From Planctomycetota bacterium (GTDB taxonomy: Bacteria > Planctomycetota > Brocadiia > Brocadiales > Bathyanammoxibiaceae): 64,000 bases of DNA. Position numbers and translations under genes: made by a program. This document shows, piece by piece, positions 63,373 through 64,000 of this stretch. Location: the NCBI GenBank assembly GCA_016209685.1, contig JACQVQ010000008.1, positions 129,778-193,777 of the forward strand, given 5' to 3'. Numbering within the stretch: the stretch's first letter is position 1; the number at the start of each line of letters is the position of its first letter. Under the pieces are notes generated by a model. The model searched no databases, was not told the DNA's origin, and worked only from the letters and a program-made list of their open reading frames with translations.

Positions 63373-63486
63373 GTAGGGTGCGTGGTAACGCACCATTCAT
63401 TATTCGTTCCCCTATCTTTCCACCTTCAACACATATACACCTGTAATCAGGCATTTTTAAAAACGGTGCGTTAAAACGCACCCTAC
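63373..63486. mobile_element. 114-bp copy of the GTAGGGTGCGTGGTAACGCACC...GGTGCGTTAAAACGCACCCTAC element
   Basis: Termini are near-identical to those of 51634-51706 (left hairpins identical, right hairpins differ at one loop base). Its CTAC head provides the TAG stop of cca on the minus strand. Confidence 0.75.
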
Positions 63487-64000
63487 TTCTTAATCCCACC
63501 ACCCAAGATTTCAGCCACCATCTCCCTGGCCCTATTGAGGGCCTCTTCTCTGGTCTGGAGTTTGCCTTCCAGTTGTTCATCGTAGAGCTTGTCTAGGATT
63601 TCTGAAAAGGACGGGCCGGGTTTTAGCCCAAGGGCTATGAGGTCGTGTCCATTGACCAACCTCTGAGGTTTTATCTCCTCTTCCTTCAGCCTCCCCCGCA
63701 TCTCCTGGCAATAATTATAATCAGAGAGGTCGCCAGTGCTGGCCAGGGCGTCCACCCGACAGACCTCGGCCAGGAGGGGGTAGTCCGGGTGCGAGAGGAG
63801 TCTCTTAAGGGTGCTCATCTTCATCTTCCGGGCGTCCTTAAAGGCCATGTGTCTCTTTACCAGCCAGGCAATCCGTTCCTTCTCTTCTCTGGAGGTGCGG
63901 AGGCGGTCGCAGATATTCCCGGCCATCTCCGCCCCAATGCCCTCGTGGTATGGGAAGCGGATACGGCCGTCTCTCAACTCCCAGGTAACGGGCTTGGCCA
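63483..64000 (-). CDS. cca: CCA-adding enzyme / poly(A) polymerase family protein, C-terminal part (5' end beyond the window)
   Basis: The reading frame is open to the window edge. Sequence ...FPYHEGIGAEMAGNICDRLR.S.EEKERIAWLVKRHM...LVNGHDLIALGLKPGP.F..IL. Confidence 0.7.
   Translation of the reverse strand, partial: AKPVTWELRDGRIRFPYHEGIGAEMAGNICDRLRTSREEKERIAWLVKRHMAFKDARKMKMSTLKRLLSHPDYPLLAEVCRVDALASTGDLSDYNYCQEMRGRLKEEEIKPQRLVNGHDLIALGLKPGPSFSEILDKLYDEQLEGKLQTREEALNRAREMVAEILGGGIKK

Noticed and set aside
63159-63580. ORFs 63159..63446 (+) and 63287..63580 (-)
   Set aside because: Both are composed of MITE and REP-like sequence between the HD-domain gene and cca. They have no coding signal.

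Overview
Chromosomal window from an unidentified, probably uncultivated bacterium. The respiratory gene content resembles Nitrospirota, Nitrospinota or anammox-type lineages, but I cannot assign it from sequence alone.

Core content, left to right:
- ATP synthase Fo/F1 genes on the minus strand (atpZ-I-B-E-F-H-A).
- tsaB.
- A histidine kinase plus a sigma54-dependent response regulator.
- A roughly 13-kb apparent operon starting at a sigma54-type promoter. It encodes a periplasmic (TAT-exported) NXR-like type II molybdoenzyme (NxrC-like, A, B, chaperone), followed directly by a Rieske protein, a split cytochrome b and an octaheme cytochrome c.
- A tetra-cluster ferredoxin plus a cupredoxin-like protein.
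- tRNA-Ala(CGC).
- A cbb3-type oxidase (ccoNOS) with a neighbouring protoglobin, ferredoxin and receiver.
- A MoxR / DUF58 / BatA-like module.
- ubiX, sppA, gltX, cysS, an HD protein and a partial cca.

Accessory content:
- Three restriction-modification-like modules: an HTH-DUF1156 methylase with a small nuclease; a single-chain type IIG enzyme; and an M+R cassette wedged between gltX and cysS.
- Two MNT/HEPN toxin-antitoxin pairs, one of whose toxins is split by a MITE.
- A PIF1-like helicase with foreign codon usage.
- An orphan winged-helix plus PD-(D/E)xK nuclease.
- A DUF4160/DUF2442 pair.

The most unusual property of the window is the density of small repeats:
- a 131-bp MITE family with 15-nt terminal inverted repeats and 5-bp target-site duplications;
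- GTAG-headed REP-like hairpins;
- a 15-nt palindrome, TCCGCCTCAGGCGGA;
- a roughly 50-nt module inserted in-frame into coding genes;
- heptanucleotide arrays with G-quadruplex potential.

These elements supply stop codons, C-termini, an internal peptide in tsaB, and apparently a signal peptide. I found no rRNA, CRISPR array, transposase or integrase.
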